DNA from: Smithellaceae bacterium
GTDB lineage: Bacteria > Desulfobacterota > Syntrophia > Syntrophales > Smithellaceae
Direction: 5' to 3'
Assembly (NCBI GenBank): GCA_963682015.1
Contig: OY820932.1
Location: 23,436-87,435 of the forward strand
Length of the DNA: 64,000 nucleotides
The stretch's first letter is position 1, and each line of letters starts with the position of its first letter. The notes below the pieces were generated by a model that was not told where the DNA came from, did no database searches, and worked only from the letters and a program-made list of their open reading frames with translations. Positions 19,447-28,711 of the stretch are shown in pieces. The position numbers and the translations under genes are program-made.

Positions 19447-20655
19447 TTGAACACATTAATGAACAGATTCGTCACGGGCAGTCTTTTGTTCCTGGTTATC
19501 GTATTATTACCGTCTTCAGGCCAGGCGCAGACGAAAGCCCCGTTCTCCATCGGTCAGTCCCTTCTGGATGCGATTAGAATCACGGAGCCAGTGTCATTTT
19601 GTGGAGAGCCCGTGCCTCTTTCCGATCCGGATGTAAAAGAACGCTTGGAAAGAGAAATGCTCGTCTCTCTGGACAACAGTGACGATATTATATTGTGGCT
19701 TAAACGCGCTAATCGCTACTTCCCCGAAATAGAAAAAATTCTAAAAACCAATTCGCTGCCGGACGATCTCAAATACATCACAATCGCGGAAAGCTCTCTC
19801 AGACCTCTGGCCTTCTCCAATAAAGGTGCTGTGGGATACTGGCAGTTTATCGAAGGAACAGGGACCAAATACGGTCTCCTGATCAATACGGATCTTGATG
19901 AAAGAAGAAACGTCTTTCGGGCAACGCAGGCCGCAACCCGTTACCTGAAAGATCTGTATACGATCTTTGGATCCTGGACACTGGCCGCTGCCGCCTACAA
20001 CATGGGCGAAGACGGGCTCAGGGCTGAAATCATGGTTCAGAAGGTGAATAATTATTATAATCTTTATTTGAACCAGGAAACGCAGAGATATGTATTCCGG
20101 ATTCTTGCGGCAAAGATCATCATGTCCAATCCGGCCAGATTTGGTTATTCCCTTTCCAAAGCCGATCTTTATCTACCCCGGCAGTTCGATATCGTCGAGA
20201 TAAAAGCCAGTCAGCCCATCCCGCTGCATGTGATCGCTCAGGCAGCCAAAACACAATTCAAATCAATCAAAGATCTGAATCCTCAGCTTAAGTACTATCA
20301 TCTTCCGGCCGGCACTCAGCAGATCAACATTCCTAAAGGATCGTCCGTCGGTTTTCCTGAACGATACGACAAGCTCGTTTCGGGCTGGTTGACCTCAAAA
20401 AATAATTTTTCTTACACGGTTAAAAAAGGAGATACCCTCAGCGGCATTGCTGCCCGTTTCAATGTGCCATACAGGGCTTTGATTATCTGGAACCGCATCG
20501 GCCAGGGCAAGAGAATCAGTCCCGGTGAAAAATTGTATATTTTCTCCGATGACTTTAAAAGACTCAACTCATCCCCGAGACTTGAAAAACCGGAGACACA
20601 GGAAAAGCAGGATATCATGGACACCCCCATTGATGCCGATGCCGCTTATCCATGA
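19447..20655 (+). CDS. Lytic transglycosylase (SLT domain) with a C-terminal LysM, MltD-like
   Basis: Signal peptide. SLT catalytic region (ITIAESSLRPLAFSNKGAVGYWQFIEGTG...AAAYNMGE). C-terminal LysM (YTVKKGDTLSGIAARFNV...PGEKLYIF). An alternative start lies at 19459. Confidence 0.85.
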   Translation: MNTLMNRFVTGSLLFLVIVLLPSSGQAQTKAPFSIGQSLLDAIRITEPVSFCGEPVPLSDPDVKERLEREMLVSLDNSDDIILWLKRANRYFPEIEKILKTNSLPDDLKYITIAESSLRPLAFSNKGAVGYWQFIEGTGTKYGLLINTDLDERRNVFRATQAATRYLKDLYTIFGSWTLAAAAYNMGEDGLRAEIMVQKVNNYYNLYLNQETQRYVFRILAAKIIMSNPARFGYSLSKADLYLPRQFDIVEIKASQPIPLHVIAQAAKTQFKSIKDLNPQLKYYHLPAGTQQINIPKGSSVGFPERYDKLVSGWLTSKNNFSYTVKKGDTLSGIAARFNVPYRALIIWNRIGQGKRISPGEKLYIFSDDFKRLNSSPRLEKPETQEKQDIMDTPIDADAAYP

Positions 20656-20677
20656 GAAGATTGGCCGTCTTCTTCCC

Positions 20678-21544
20678 TCAACGATGCCGTTTTCTGATTT
20701 TTCTTTGCTTTTTGGGGCTTTCCTCAGTGCTGCGAGCAGGTTTTTGAAAACCATAGTCCAGCAGCTTTATGGTCTGTGCCGAACGGATTTTCGGATTTTT
20801 AGCTCCCATGACCACTGCCATTAACCTTTGCTCGCTTCTTCTGACCGTCGCAACCACATGAAATCCTGCTGCGGCTACATATCCGGTCTTGAGTCCATCC
20901 GTCCCCGGATAGTTTTTCAAAAGGTCGTTCCTGTTGCTGAATGACTCATCATGAAAGGCAAAACTCTCTATGGAGTGAAGCTTCAGCATATTCGGAAATC
21001 GTTTTAAATATTCGCGCGACAGAATGCTGATATCCCGTGCGGTTGTTTTTTGTCGTTTATCAGACAGCCCGTGGGGATTGACAAAATGGGTGTTTTTCAT
21101 TCCCAGTTCTTTTGCTTTGGCGTTCATCCGGATGACAAACTGATCGACGCTGCCAGCGAAATGTTCTGCCAGAGCGACAGAAGCATCATTGGCTGAATGA
21201 ATCGCCATCCCCTTCATCAGGTCCAATAATTCATATTGTCCGCCAGGTTCATAAAGCATTTTAGAACCGCTTGTACGAACCGCATTTTCACTTGCTTTCA
21301 CCAGATCTGTATAAGCCGCTTTTTTTGCTTCAACATCTTCCGAGATTAAATACAGTGACATAATTTTTGTAAGGGACGCCGGTTGAATGATTTTATCAGC
21401 ATGATGCTGATACAGAATCTTTCCTGTATCGAGGTCCAACAGAATTGCCGCTTTAACGACAGGCATATCCATTTTCCTGCTCGCTGCGAATATTCCGGAT
21501 GGAATCATGAGCAGGCATAATAGAATTAATATTGTCTTTTTCAA
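20678..21544 (-). CDS. Serine-type D-Ala-D-Ala carboxypeptidase (PBP5/6 family)
   Basis: Signal peptide, SxxK (ASLTKIMS), SAND (SxN) and KTG (LKTGY) motifs. Confidence 0.88.
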   Translation of the reverse strand: MKKTILILLCLLMIPSGIFAASRKMDMPVVKAAILLDLDTGKILYQHHADKIIQPASLTKIMSLYLISEDVEAKKAAYTDLVKASENAVRTSGSKMLYEPGGQYELLDLMKGMAIHSANDASVALAEHFAGSVDQFVIRMNAKAKELGMKNTHFVNPHGLSDKRQKTTARDISILSREYLKRFPNMLKLHSIESFAFHDESFSNRNDLLKNYPGTDGLKTGYVAAAGFHVVATVRRSEQRLMAVVMGAKNPKIRSAQTIKLLDYGFQKPARSTEESPKKQRKIRKRHR

Positions 21545-21630
21545 ACTCCCCGGATTATCCTCTCGTCGTTTCCATGCATGATAGCAATTTGATCATTCAA
21601 ATTCAATGATTTGTACTTCAGCCATAATTC

Positions 21631-21679
21631 TTGACATTTTACTTTTTATGCTCTAATTACTACTAAGAAAATAGTAATT
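21631..21679 (+). promoter_or_regulatory. Putative sigma-70 promoter with an overlapping 25-bp palindromic operator upstream of the Rrf2 gene
   Basis: TTGACA (21631-21636), then 17 nt, then TAATTA (21654-21659). Perfect inverted repeat AATTACTA (21655-21662), 9-nt spacer, TAGTAATT (21672-21679). The repeat ends 13 nt before the GTG start. Confidence 0.45.
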
Positions 21680-21692
21680 GACGAGGATCATC

Positions 21693-22151
21693 GTGAAACT
21701 GTCAACCCGTTCCCGATATGGCGTCAGATTAATGATCGCTCTGGCCGCCGCGGGTAATGATAAATCATTGTTTTTAAAAGATATTGCCGCAAGTGAAGAT
21801 ATTTCCGAAAAATATCTTAGTCTGATCGTCATACCCCTGAGAGCCGCCGGGTTGATTCGTTCCATCCGAGGCGCCAGAGGTGGTTACGTTCTAGCCAAAG
21901 CTCCGAAGGATATCTCTGTATGTGATATCGTCGAGGCGGTGGAAGGAGATACCTGTCTGGTAAATTGCGTTAAAAACCCGGATATCTGCAAACGAACTCC
22001 CGTTTGCCCGAGCAGGGACATATGGACCCAGTTGACGAATACGATCAGAGAGGCCATGAGCCGTACTACACTGGCGCAACTGGTTTCCGGAAGAGAAGAC
22101 GGAAATACCATCATCCGGTTAAAAGCAAAAACGGTTTCAAAAGCTGAATAA
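21693..22151 (+). CDS. Rrf2-family transcriptional regulator with a Cys cluster (likely Fe-S binding)
   Basis: From GTG at 21693 the protein begins (M)KLSTRSRYGVRLM, the canonical Rrf2 N-terminus. The Cys group is CLVNCVKNPDICKRTPVC. The stop lies 9 nt before nadA. Confidence 0.88.
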   Translation: MKLSTRSRYGVRLMIALAAAGNDKSLFLKDIAASEDISEKYLSLIVIPLRAAGLIRSIRGARGGYVLAKAPKDISVCDIVEAVEGDTCLVNCVKNPDICKRTPVCPSRDIWTQLTNTIREAMSRTTLAQLVSGREDGNTIIRLKAKTVSKAE

Positions 22152-22160
22152 GAGTGCTGT

Positions 22161-23066
22161 ATGGACATAATAAAAGAAATTGAAAACCTGAAAAAAGAAA
22201 AAAACGCAGTCATTCTGGCTCACAACTATCAACTGCCGGAGGTGCAGGATGTCGCCGATTTCGTCGGTGATTCTCTGGGGCTGAGTATGAAAGCGGCTAA
22301 AACCGATGCGGACATTATCGTCTTTTGCGGAGTGCATTTTATGGCGGAAACGGCAAAAATCCTGTCGCCGTCTAAAACCGTACTTCTTCCGGATCCGAAA
22401 GCAGGCTGTCCGATGGCGGATATGATTGACGCAGAGAGTCTGACGAAACTAAAGGTTCTGTACCCTGACGCCGTCACACTTTGCTATGTCAACACGTCAG
22501 CTGAAGTAAAGGCACACTGCGACTACTGTTGCACATCCGGCAACGCCCTGAAAATGGTGCAGCACATTCTCAAGACACAAAACGAAATTATTTTCGTACC
22601 GGACAAGTACCTTGCCCGATGGGTTTCGGATCAGGTGAGTCGTTCATTTATCACCTGGAACGGTTTCTGCCCCACTCACGCACGGATCCTTCCGGAAGAT
22701 ATTCAACGCTCCAGACGTGATCATCCGGAAGCAAAAGTCCTGGTGCATCCGGAATGCAAACCGGAACTGACGGCGATGGGTGATGTGGTTGCCTCCACAG
22801 AAAAGATGTGCCGCTTTGTTTCCGATGATCGAGCCCGGGAATTCATCATCGGCACTGAACTGGGTATCATTCACCGAATGAAAAAAGAAAATCCGGACAA
22901 GCAGTTTTATCCGGTCTCTGACCGGGCTGTCTGCCCGAACATGAAGCGGATCAACCTGGAGAAAATCCTCTGGTCGCTGGAAGATATGACTTACGAAATA
23001 ACGGTGCCGCTGGAAACAGCGAATAAAGCGCGCACCTCCATTGAAAGAATGCTGGAGATTATTTAA
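22161..23066 (+). CDS. nadA: Quinolinate synthase
   Basis: ILAHNYQ..EVQD.ADFVGDSL, HFMAE, and conserved Cys positions for the 4Fe-4S cluster, ~300 aa. Confidence 0.93.
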   Translation: MDIIKEIENLKKEKNAVILAHNYQLPEVQDVADFVGDSLGLSMKAAKTDADIIVFCGVHFMAETAKILSPSKTVLLPDPKAGCPMADMIDAESLTKLKVLYPDAVTLCYVNTSAEVKAHCDYCCTSGNALKMVQHILKTQNEIIFVPDKYLARWVSDQVSRSFITWNGFCPTHARILPEDIQRSRRDHPEAKVLVHPECKPELTAMGDVVASTEKMCRFVSDDRAREFIIGTELGIIHRMKKENPDKQFYPVSDRAVCPNMKRINLEKILWSLEDMTYEITVPLETANKARTSIERMLEII

Positions 23067-23073
23067 ATCATCT

Positions 23074-23103
23074 GTAAGGGACGGTTTGCAAACCGTCCCT
23101 TAC
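23074..23103 (+). terminator. 30-bp perfect palindrome (strong hairpin) between nadA and metX. Possibly a terminator or attenuator.
   Basis: GTAAGGGACGGTTTGCAAACCGTCCCTTAC. No U-tract follows, so terminator function is uncertain. Confidence 0.4.
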
Positions 23104-23114
23104 AAGCCATCAGA

Positions 23115-24248
23115 ATGAACATTATGAAAAAAGACACTTTAGGAATTGTACATACACATCATTATACATTTGCCGGACCACCACACCCGCTTCAACTGCA
23201 ATCGGGCAGAACATTGGGACCGGTCACACTGGCTTATGAGACCTACGGGAAGCTCAACGCCGGTAAATCCAACGCCATTCTAGTCTGCCATGCGCTCTCC
23301 GGTGATGCGCATGCCGCAGGGCTTTCCGCTGAAGACAAAACGCCCGGCTGGTGGGATGATCTCATCGGCCCGGGAAAAGCGCTCGATACGCATCAATATT
23401 TTGTCATCTGCTCCAATGTGATTGGCGGCTGCAAAGGCAGCACCGGCCCTTCTTCCATCAACCCGGAAACGGGCAAACCTTATGCGCTGGATTTTCCGTT
23501 AATCACGGTTGCCGACATGGTGGAAGCACAGCGACACCTGATCGATCATGTGGGCGTTGAAAAGCTCCTGTGCGTTGTCGGCGGCTCCATGGGAGGCATG
23601 CAGGCGCTTCAGTGGGCGTCGTCCTATCCTGAACGCGTGCTATCCGTCATCCCTGTTGCCACTGCGCTCAAGCATTCTCCGCAACAGATCGCGTTTAACG
23701 AAGTAATCCGCCAATCCATCATGGCAGACCCGGCCTGGCGTAAAGGCTACTACTACGAACACGGACAACCGGAAAACGGCCTGGCCGTAGCGCGTATGAT
23801 CGGGCACATCACGTTCATGAGCGATCAGTCCATGGAGGATAAATTTTCCCGGCGCCTGAAAAATGATAACCTGAGTTTTCAGTTTACGGAAGACTTTGAA
23901 GTGGAGGGCTACCTGCGCTACCGCGGCTATAACTTTGTCAAACGTTTTGACGCCAACTCCTATCTTTACATCACCAAAGCGATGGACTACACGGACCTTT
24001 CGGGCGATCATTTTCTTCCGACAGTCAAACGAACATCCATCCGCTTTCTTGTGCTCTCTTTCAAGTCGGACTGGCTGTATCCGTCCTACCAATCGCAGGA
24101 AATTGTCCGGCTGCTCAAAAGGAAACACGCATATACCACCTATTTTGATCTTACCTCAACATACGGACACGATGCCTTCCTCATCGAGATTGAAGACGAA
24201 ACAAGACTCATTAAAAACTTTCTGGCAAATCTAATCCAGAATGGATGA
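23115..24248 (+). CDS. metX: Homoserine O-acetyltransferase
   Basis: Alpha/beta-hydrolase with the nucleophile elbow GGSMGGMQALQW and the typical MetX N-terminus (...LESG..L..V.LAYETYG.LN). Followed by metW. Confidence 0.92.
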   Translation: MNIMKKDTLGIVHTHHYTFAGPPHPLQLQSGRTLGPVTLAYETYGKLNAGKSNAILVCHALSGDAHAAGLSAEDKTPGWWDDLIGPGKALDTHQYFVICSNVIGGCKGSTGPSSINPETGKPYALDFPLITVADMVEAQRHLIDHVGVEKLLCVVGGSMGGMQALQWASSYPERVLSVIPVATALKHSPQQIAFNEVIRQSIMADPAWRKGYYYEHGQPENGLAVARMIGHITFMSDQSMEDKFSRRLKNDNLSFQFTEDFEVEGYLRYRGYNFVKRFDANSYLYITKAMDYTDLSGDHFLPTVKRTSIRFLVLSFKSDWLYPSYQSQEIVRLLKRKHAYTTYFDLTSTYGHDAFLIEIEDETRLIKNFLANLIQNG

Positions 24249-24264
24249 ATAAAAGAAGATAAAC

Positions 24265-24846
24265 ATGAAACCCGACCATCAAATTATTTCAGAAATCATT
24301 CATGAAGGCGCGCATGTTCTTGACCTGGGCTGTGGTGAAGGCGATCTGCTGGCTCATCTGCGTCAGACGAAAAAAGCCCAGGTACAGGGCATCGAACTGG
24401 ACGAAAACTGGATGCATGCCTGCGTGGAAAAAGGGCTCACCGTTTTGCAGGGCGACATCGAAAGCGGTCTGGTGGACTACCCCGATCACTGTTTTGATTA
24501 TGTGATTCTCAACCAGATCATGCAGGAAATCAAAAAGGCGGATTTTGTTGTCCAGGAGGCGCTGCGCGTGGGGCACAAAGTCATTATCGGTTTTCCCAAC
24601 TTCGCGCACATTAAGGCGCGCCTGACGCTTTTTTTCAAGGGTCGGACGCCCATCAACGAAGCGCTGCCCTACTACTGGTTCGAAACGCCCAATGTACGTT
24701 TTCTAACGATTGACGACTTTAAAGACTACTGCGCCAAGAAGAACATTACCATCGAGCAGGAGCATTACCTGGGCGCAAAAGGCAGAATCCCTTTTCTGCC
24801 CAATCTGCTTGCTCAAAACGCAATTTTTGTTCTAACTAAAAAATAA
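24265..24846 (+). CDS. metW: Methionine biosynthesis protein MetW
   Basis: VLDLGCGEGDLL SAM-MTase-like motif, ~195 aa, directly downstream of metX. Confidence 0.9.
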   Translation: MKPDHQIISEIIHEGAHVLDLGCGEGDLLAHLRQTKKAQVQGIELDENWMHACVEKGLTVLQGDIESGLVDYPDHCFDYVILNQIMQEIKKADFVVQEALRVGHKVIIGFPNFAHIKARLTLFFKGRTPINEALPYYWFETPNVRFLTIDDFKDYCAKKNITIEQEHYLGAKGRIPFLPNLLAQNAIFVLTKK

Positions 24847-24856
24847 GGATGAAGGT

Positions 24857-25231
24857 ATGGAAAAGAAGATTATCATGTCCAAAACCCTGTCTGCAGCGGG
24901 ACCTTACTCGCTCGCCGTTGAAGCGGGCGGCCTCATATTTATTTCAGGTCAGATTCCCCTCAATCCGGTAACCGGTGAAATCATCACCGACATTCAAGCG
25001 GCAACACGGCAGGTTTTAACCAACCTGAAAACGCTTCTTGTCGAAAACGGACTGTCCCTGGAGAATATTGTCAAAACAACCATCTTTCTGAAAAACATAT
25101 CGGACTTCACCGGGGTGAACGAAATTTACGCCGGCTTCTTCTCCGGCTCTGCACCCGCACGATCTACCGTTGAAGTCTCGGATCTCCCCAAAGGCGCCCC
25201 GCTGGAAATTGAAGCGATTGCTGTCAGGTAA
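24857..25231 (+). CDS. ridA: RidA/YjgF-family reactive-intermediate deaminase
   Basis: AAGPYSLAVEAGGLIFISGQIP...IVKTTIFL...ARSTVEVS.LPKGA.LEIE signature. Confidence 0.9.
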   Translation: MEKKIIMSKTLSAAGPYSLAVEAGGLIFISGQIPLNPVTGEIITDIQAATRQVLTNLKTLLVENGLSLENIVKTTIFLKNISDFTGVNEIYAGFFSGSAPARSTVEVSDLPKGAPLEIEAIAVR

Positions 25232-25241
25232 ATAAAATACT

Positions 25242-25697
25242 ATGGGAAAAATTCTTTCGGTAAACATCAGCGGGAAAAAAGGCGAGAAAAAACACAATAT
25301 CGGAAGTGCGCGCGCTCTGATCAATCAGGGGCTGGAAAATGACGCCCACATCGGGATGGAAATCCGGCAGATCAGCCTGCTTGCGTCCGAAAGCATCGAA
25401 AAGATCCGGCAGAAAGGTTTAAATGTCAGTTACGGCGATTTTGCCGAAAACCTGACAACAGAAGGCATTGAGCTTTTTACACTCCCCCTGGGCACAAAAC
25501 TTCAGGTGGGAGGCAATGTCCTTCTTGAGGTCACCCAGATCGGTAAAACCTGTCTGGCGCCCTGCGCCATTTATCATTCGGTAGGCGATTGCGTAATGCC
25601 GAAGGAAGGTATTTTTGTCCGCGTGCTGACCGAAGGATTGGTTGCAGTGGGTGATTCTATCATCATCTTAGCTCCTCCTTCACATAAGGAAGATTAA
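25242..25697 (+). CDS. MOSC-domain protein
   Basis: ~150 aa. ILSVNIS..KGEKK......A.L...GLE.DAH and a conserved Cys region (GKTCLAPCAIY), as in stand-alone MOSC proteins. Confidence 0.75.
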   Translation: MGKILSVNISGKKGEKKHNIGSARALINQGLENDAHIGMEIRQISLLASESIEKIRQKGLNVSYGDFAENLTTEGIELFTLPLGTKLQVGGNVLLEVTQIGKTCLAPCAIYHSVGDCVMPKEGIFVRVLTEGLVAVGDSIIILAPPSHKED

Positions 25698-26542
25698 AGG
25701 CCCAGATAGGGACGTAGCACCGCGGGAACAAAATCAGCGAGTCTGCGGGTCAGCAATCGGGAGAGTTTATTGGATAAACCATGAGGGATAAACTTGGATA
25801 ATCCGAGATATAAAATCTGATTGCGCAAACCGGGAACATATCGTTCCTTGCCCCGTATAAAAGCTTTTACTCCAGCCACCGTAACTTCCTTCACATCCAT
25901 GAAAGACATTTTAATGGGGATGTAGTCTGAAGGAAACCCGGCATCGTCAATCAGACGCGTCCTGGTAAAAGGCGGGTTGAGCGTCGATACCGTCACTTTA
26001 CTTCCTGCGGGAAGCTCAGCCCGTACCGCCTCGGTCAGGCTCTGCGTGAAGGCCTTGGTGGCGGCATAAAGCCCAAGGGTCGGCACTGGCTGGAATGCCG
26101 AAACCGAAGAAATATTCAGAACTCCTCCATAATTGCGTTTGATCATGGCGGGAAGAAAGAGGCGGGTCATTTTGGCATAGGCAAGGCAGTTGAGCAGGAT
26201 CATGCCGGACAGTCTGTCCAGAGGCATGTCCGAATACCGACCAAACCAGCAGACTCCGGCATTGTTCACCAATACGTGGGCTTCTCCCACCTGTTGTGTA
26301 ATCTGCTCATGTAACTGTTCGGGACCGTTAGATCCTGTAAGGTCTGCGTAAAAGGTCCATGTCTTTATTTGAAAGGTTTTTTGAAGCTCCGCAGCCCAGT
26401 CCTCAAGATTTTTTTTCTGCTCGGGAAGATCCACCAGAATGATGTTTGCTCCCTGTCGTGCAAAACATTCCGATAATCCCTTGCCAATGCCCATGGCGGA
26501 ACCTGTAACAAGCACGTTCTTCCCCTTCAGTCTTAGCCCCAC
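25694..26542 (-). CDS. Classical short-chain dehydrogenase/reductase (last gene of the acyl-CoA operon)
   Basis: TGSAMGIGKG (TGxxxGxG), NNAG, Ser...YAATK catalytic set. GTG start with an AAAGGAG RBS. Confidence 0.88.
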   Translation of the reverse strand: MGLRLKGKNVLVTGSAMGIGKGLSECFARQGANIILVDLPEQKKNLEDWAAELQKTFQIKTWTFYADLTGSNGPEQLHEQITQQVGEAHVLVNNAGVCWFGRYSDMPLDRLSGMILLNCLAYAKMTRLFLPAMIKRNYGGVLNISSVSAFQPVPTLGLYAATKAFTQSLTEAVRAELPAGSKVTVSTLNPPFTRTRLIDDAGFPSDYIPIKMSFMDVKEVTVAGVKAFIRGKERYVPGLRNQILYLGLSKFIPHGLSNKLSRLLTRRLADFVPAVLRPYLGL

Positions 26543-26594
26543 TTTAATCTCCTTTTATTCATGAATCCTCTTTTGGGATCATTCATATGACTGG

Positions 26595-27554
26595 TTAAGC
26601 CTGCAGGATTCCCGATAACTTCACATAGCGCGCAAAATCCTCAAAGGCCTCGCTGGTCGTGTATCTGAAACGGTATCCCAGCTCCTTTTTGACCTTGGCG
26701 TTGCTCACGATCCACGGATAACGAATCATGTTCAGGCAAGGACTGGGAAACTCGGTCATAAAGGACAAACGAAGATGCCACATCAAGTTGTTCAATGGCC
26801 ACAAAAGCCTAGCAGGTACTTTCAGGGGATATCCGCCGAGGATGCGGATCATTTCATCGAAGGTCATGGTTCCGTCCGCAGCCAGATTGTATATGCCTTT
26901 CTTTCTCTTTTTCAGCAGGTGGTACATGATATCCACCAGGTCATCTTCATGGATGTATTGGAAAGGCGCTGTTTTAGACGGCAGGATGCAGATCTTTTTG
27001 CAGAGATGCCGCGCCAGCGGGTTGGTGAAACCCGGCCCCACCACAAAGCATGGGCGGATTGTCGTTAGAAGGATATCAGGATGCTCCTTCTCGAAGTCCT
27101 TCATCCACACCTCAATTTCCTTTTTGTTTTTGGCATAAGTGAAATCGTCGTTACCCCTCAGCGGACTTTCCTCGACCAGGTATTCGGGATTATCAGGATG
27201 AAACCCGTAAGCGGTACTTGAAGAACAATCGAGAATCTGCCCAACGCCATGGGCAGCGGCTGTCTTCAGGACATTTTTTGTACCATTCACATTGATGTCT
27301 TCCATCAGGATCTTGTCGTGGATAGGCGGCAGGATATAAGCGGTGTGAATCACACAGTCTATCCTCTCGCCACTGAACACCTCCTTCAGATCAGCCCTGA
27401 TATCGCTTTTGATAAATGACAGCTTGGGCGAATGGAACGCGGGTGGTTTGATGTCAATCCCGCATATGCGTTCAATTTCATTTTTATTCGCAAAAAAAGA
27501 TACAAGCTTTTGCCCAAAATATCCTGAAACACCGGTGATCAGAATGTTCTTCAT
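26595..27554 (-). CDS. Extended SDR / NAD-dependent epimerase-dehydratase (3-beta-HSD-like) family protein
   Basis: N-terminal ITGVSGYFG (GxxGxxG), YAKNK (YxxxK), ~320 aa. Confidence 0.82.
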   Translation of the reverse strand: MKNILITGVSGYFGQKLVSFFANKNEIERICGIDIKPPAFHSPKLSFIKSDIRADLKEVFSGERIDCVIHTAYILPPIHDKILMEDINVNGTKNVLKTAAAHGVGQILDCSSSTAYGFHPDNPEYLVEESPLRGNDDFTYAKNKKEIEVWMKDFEKEHPDILLTTIRPCFVVGPGFTNPLARHLCKKICILPSKTAPFQYIHEDDLVDIMYHLLKKRKKGIYNLAADGTMTFDEMIRILGGYPLKVPARLLWPLNNLMWHLRLSFMTEFPSPCLNMIRYPWIVSNAKVKKELGYRFRYTTSEAFEDFARYVKLSGILQA

Positions 27555-27563
27555 AAAGCTGCC

Positions 27564-28697
27564 TTACGTAAGGTGTTCATTGATGAGAGCCAGTTTCTTG
27601 AGCGGAACCATGCCGAGGAGGGCCTGGACTTGCCTGGCGTCCCGGTAACGCTTCTCCTGACCATAATCTTTCATGTACCCGTAGCCACCCAGTAACTGAA
27701 CGCCATCGGTAACGACCTCGCAGGCAAGATCATGGACGTGCAGTGCGGATGCAATGCTGATCCAGCCCCAGTCCTTGAGATTCTCGTCAATCGCCTTGCA
27801 GGTCTGAGTCACGCAAAGCTCGGCGGCCTTGGATTTGATCGCCATGTTGGACAGGAGCATCCTCACTTCCGACCAGTTGATCACCGGACGGCCGCCCTGC
27901 ATTCGCTCTTTTGTATACTCGATGGCTTCCTTGAGAGAACCTCTCATTATACCGGCATTGGTAGCAGCAGCGGCCACATGCATCATTCTGGAAGCAGCCT
28001 CGAAATACTTTGCCCCCTTGCCTTCCTCACCGATGATTTGGGCGCTGACATTGTTCAGGGTAACATCAACGATGGGGCTCGCATGGAGTCCGAGACTGAT
28101 GACGGGATTGCTTATCGAGACACCGCCGTCATTGAGGTTTACGAGGAAGAAGGAATAGCTTTTAGAGCCGGTGGCTCGGGCCGGGATGATTGCCCACTTC
28201 GAATAATTGCCAAGGGAGAGATAATCGAGTTTTCCCGTAAGCACGTAGCCTTTGCCGGAGGATATCGCGTTCGGCAGGATCCTCGACTGACCGGGATCCG
28301 TAAATGACGGGAAAGCGACGAGGTACTCCTGGGCAGTCTCAGCGCTTAAATAAACCTTTTCAGCTATTTCTTCTGCGCCGGCTTTCAGAATGATCTGCTG
28401 CGAGAGCGCACTCGTGAAAATGTTCAAACAATAGGAAGCGTCAACCTCTGCGACGTGGCCCAGCATCATGCAAAGGACGCTGATCCCCTGGCCGATACCG
28501 GCGTATTTTTCCGGCAACATGATACCCAGGAAACCCAATTCGTAGATCTTACGAAAACTCGTTTCGATGACATCGACATCAAGGCTCCCGTATGGATATC
28601 TGTCGTGTTCCTCGATGCTAGGCTTAAGGTCGCTCTTTGCATAGGATGTAATGAGATCCTCAAATGGCTTCAGGTCTTTGTTCAATGCAGTCAGCAT
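27564..28697 (-). CDS. Acyl-CoA dehydrogenase-fold protein lacking the catalytic Glu (putative non-catalytic beta subunit)
   Basis: ACAD-like throughout (...LLGGYGYMKDYGQEKRYRDAR...). Where ACADs carry (I/L)YEGT(S/N)EIQ it has QALLGMVPLKK. The TEPxAGSD-type region reads FPSFTDPGQSR. Confidence 0.75.
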   Translation of the reverse strand: MLTALNKDLKPFEDLITSYAKSDLKPSIEEHDRYPYGSLDVDVIETSFRKIYELGFLGIMLPEKYAGIGQGISVLCMMLGHVAEVDASYCLNIFTSALSQQIILKAGAEEIAEKVYLSAETAQEYLVAFPSFTDPGQSRILPNAISSGKGYVLTGKLDYLSLGNYSKWAIIPARATGSKSYSFFLVNLNDGGVSISNPVISLGLHASPIVDVTLNNVSAQIIGEEGKGAKYFEAASRMMHVAAAATNAGIMRGSLKEAIEYTKERMQGGRPVINWSEVRMLLSNMAIKSKAAELCVTQTCKAIDENLKDWGWISIASALHVHDLACEVVTDGVQLLGGYGYMKDYGQEKRYRDARQVQALLGMVPLKKLALINEHLT

Positions 28698-28711
28698 AGT
28701 CTCCTCCTTCC

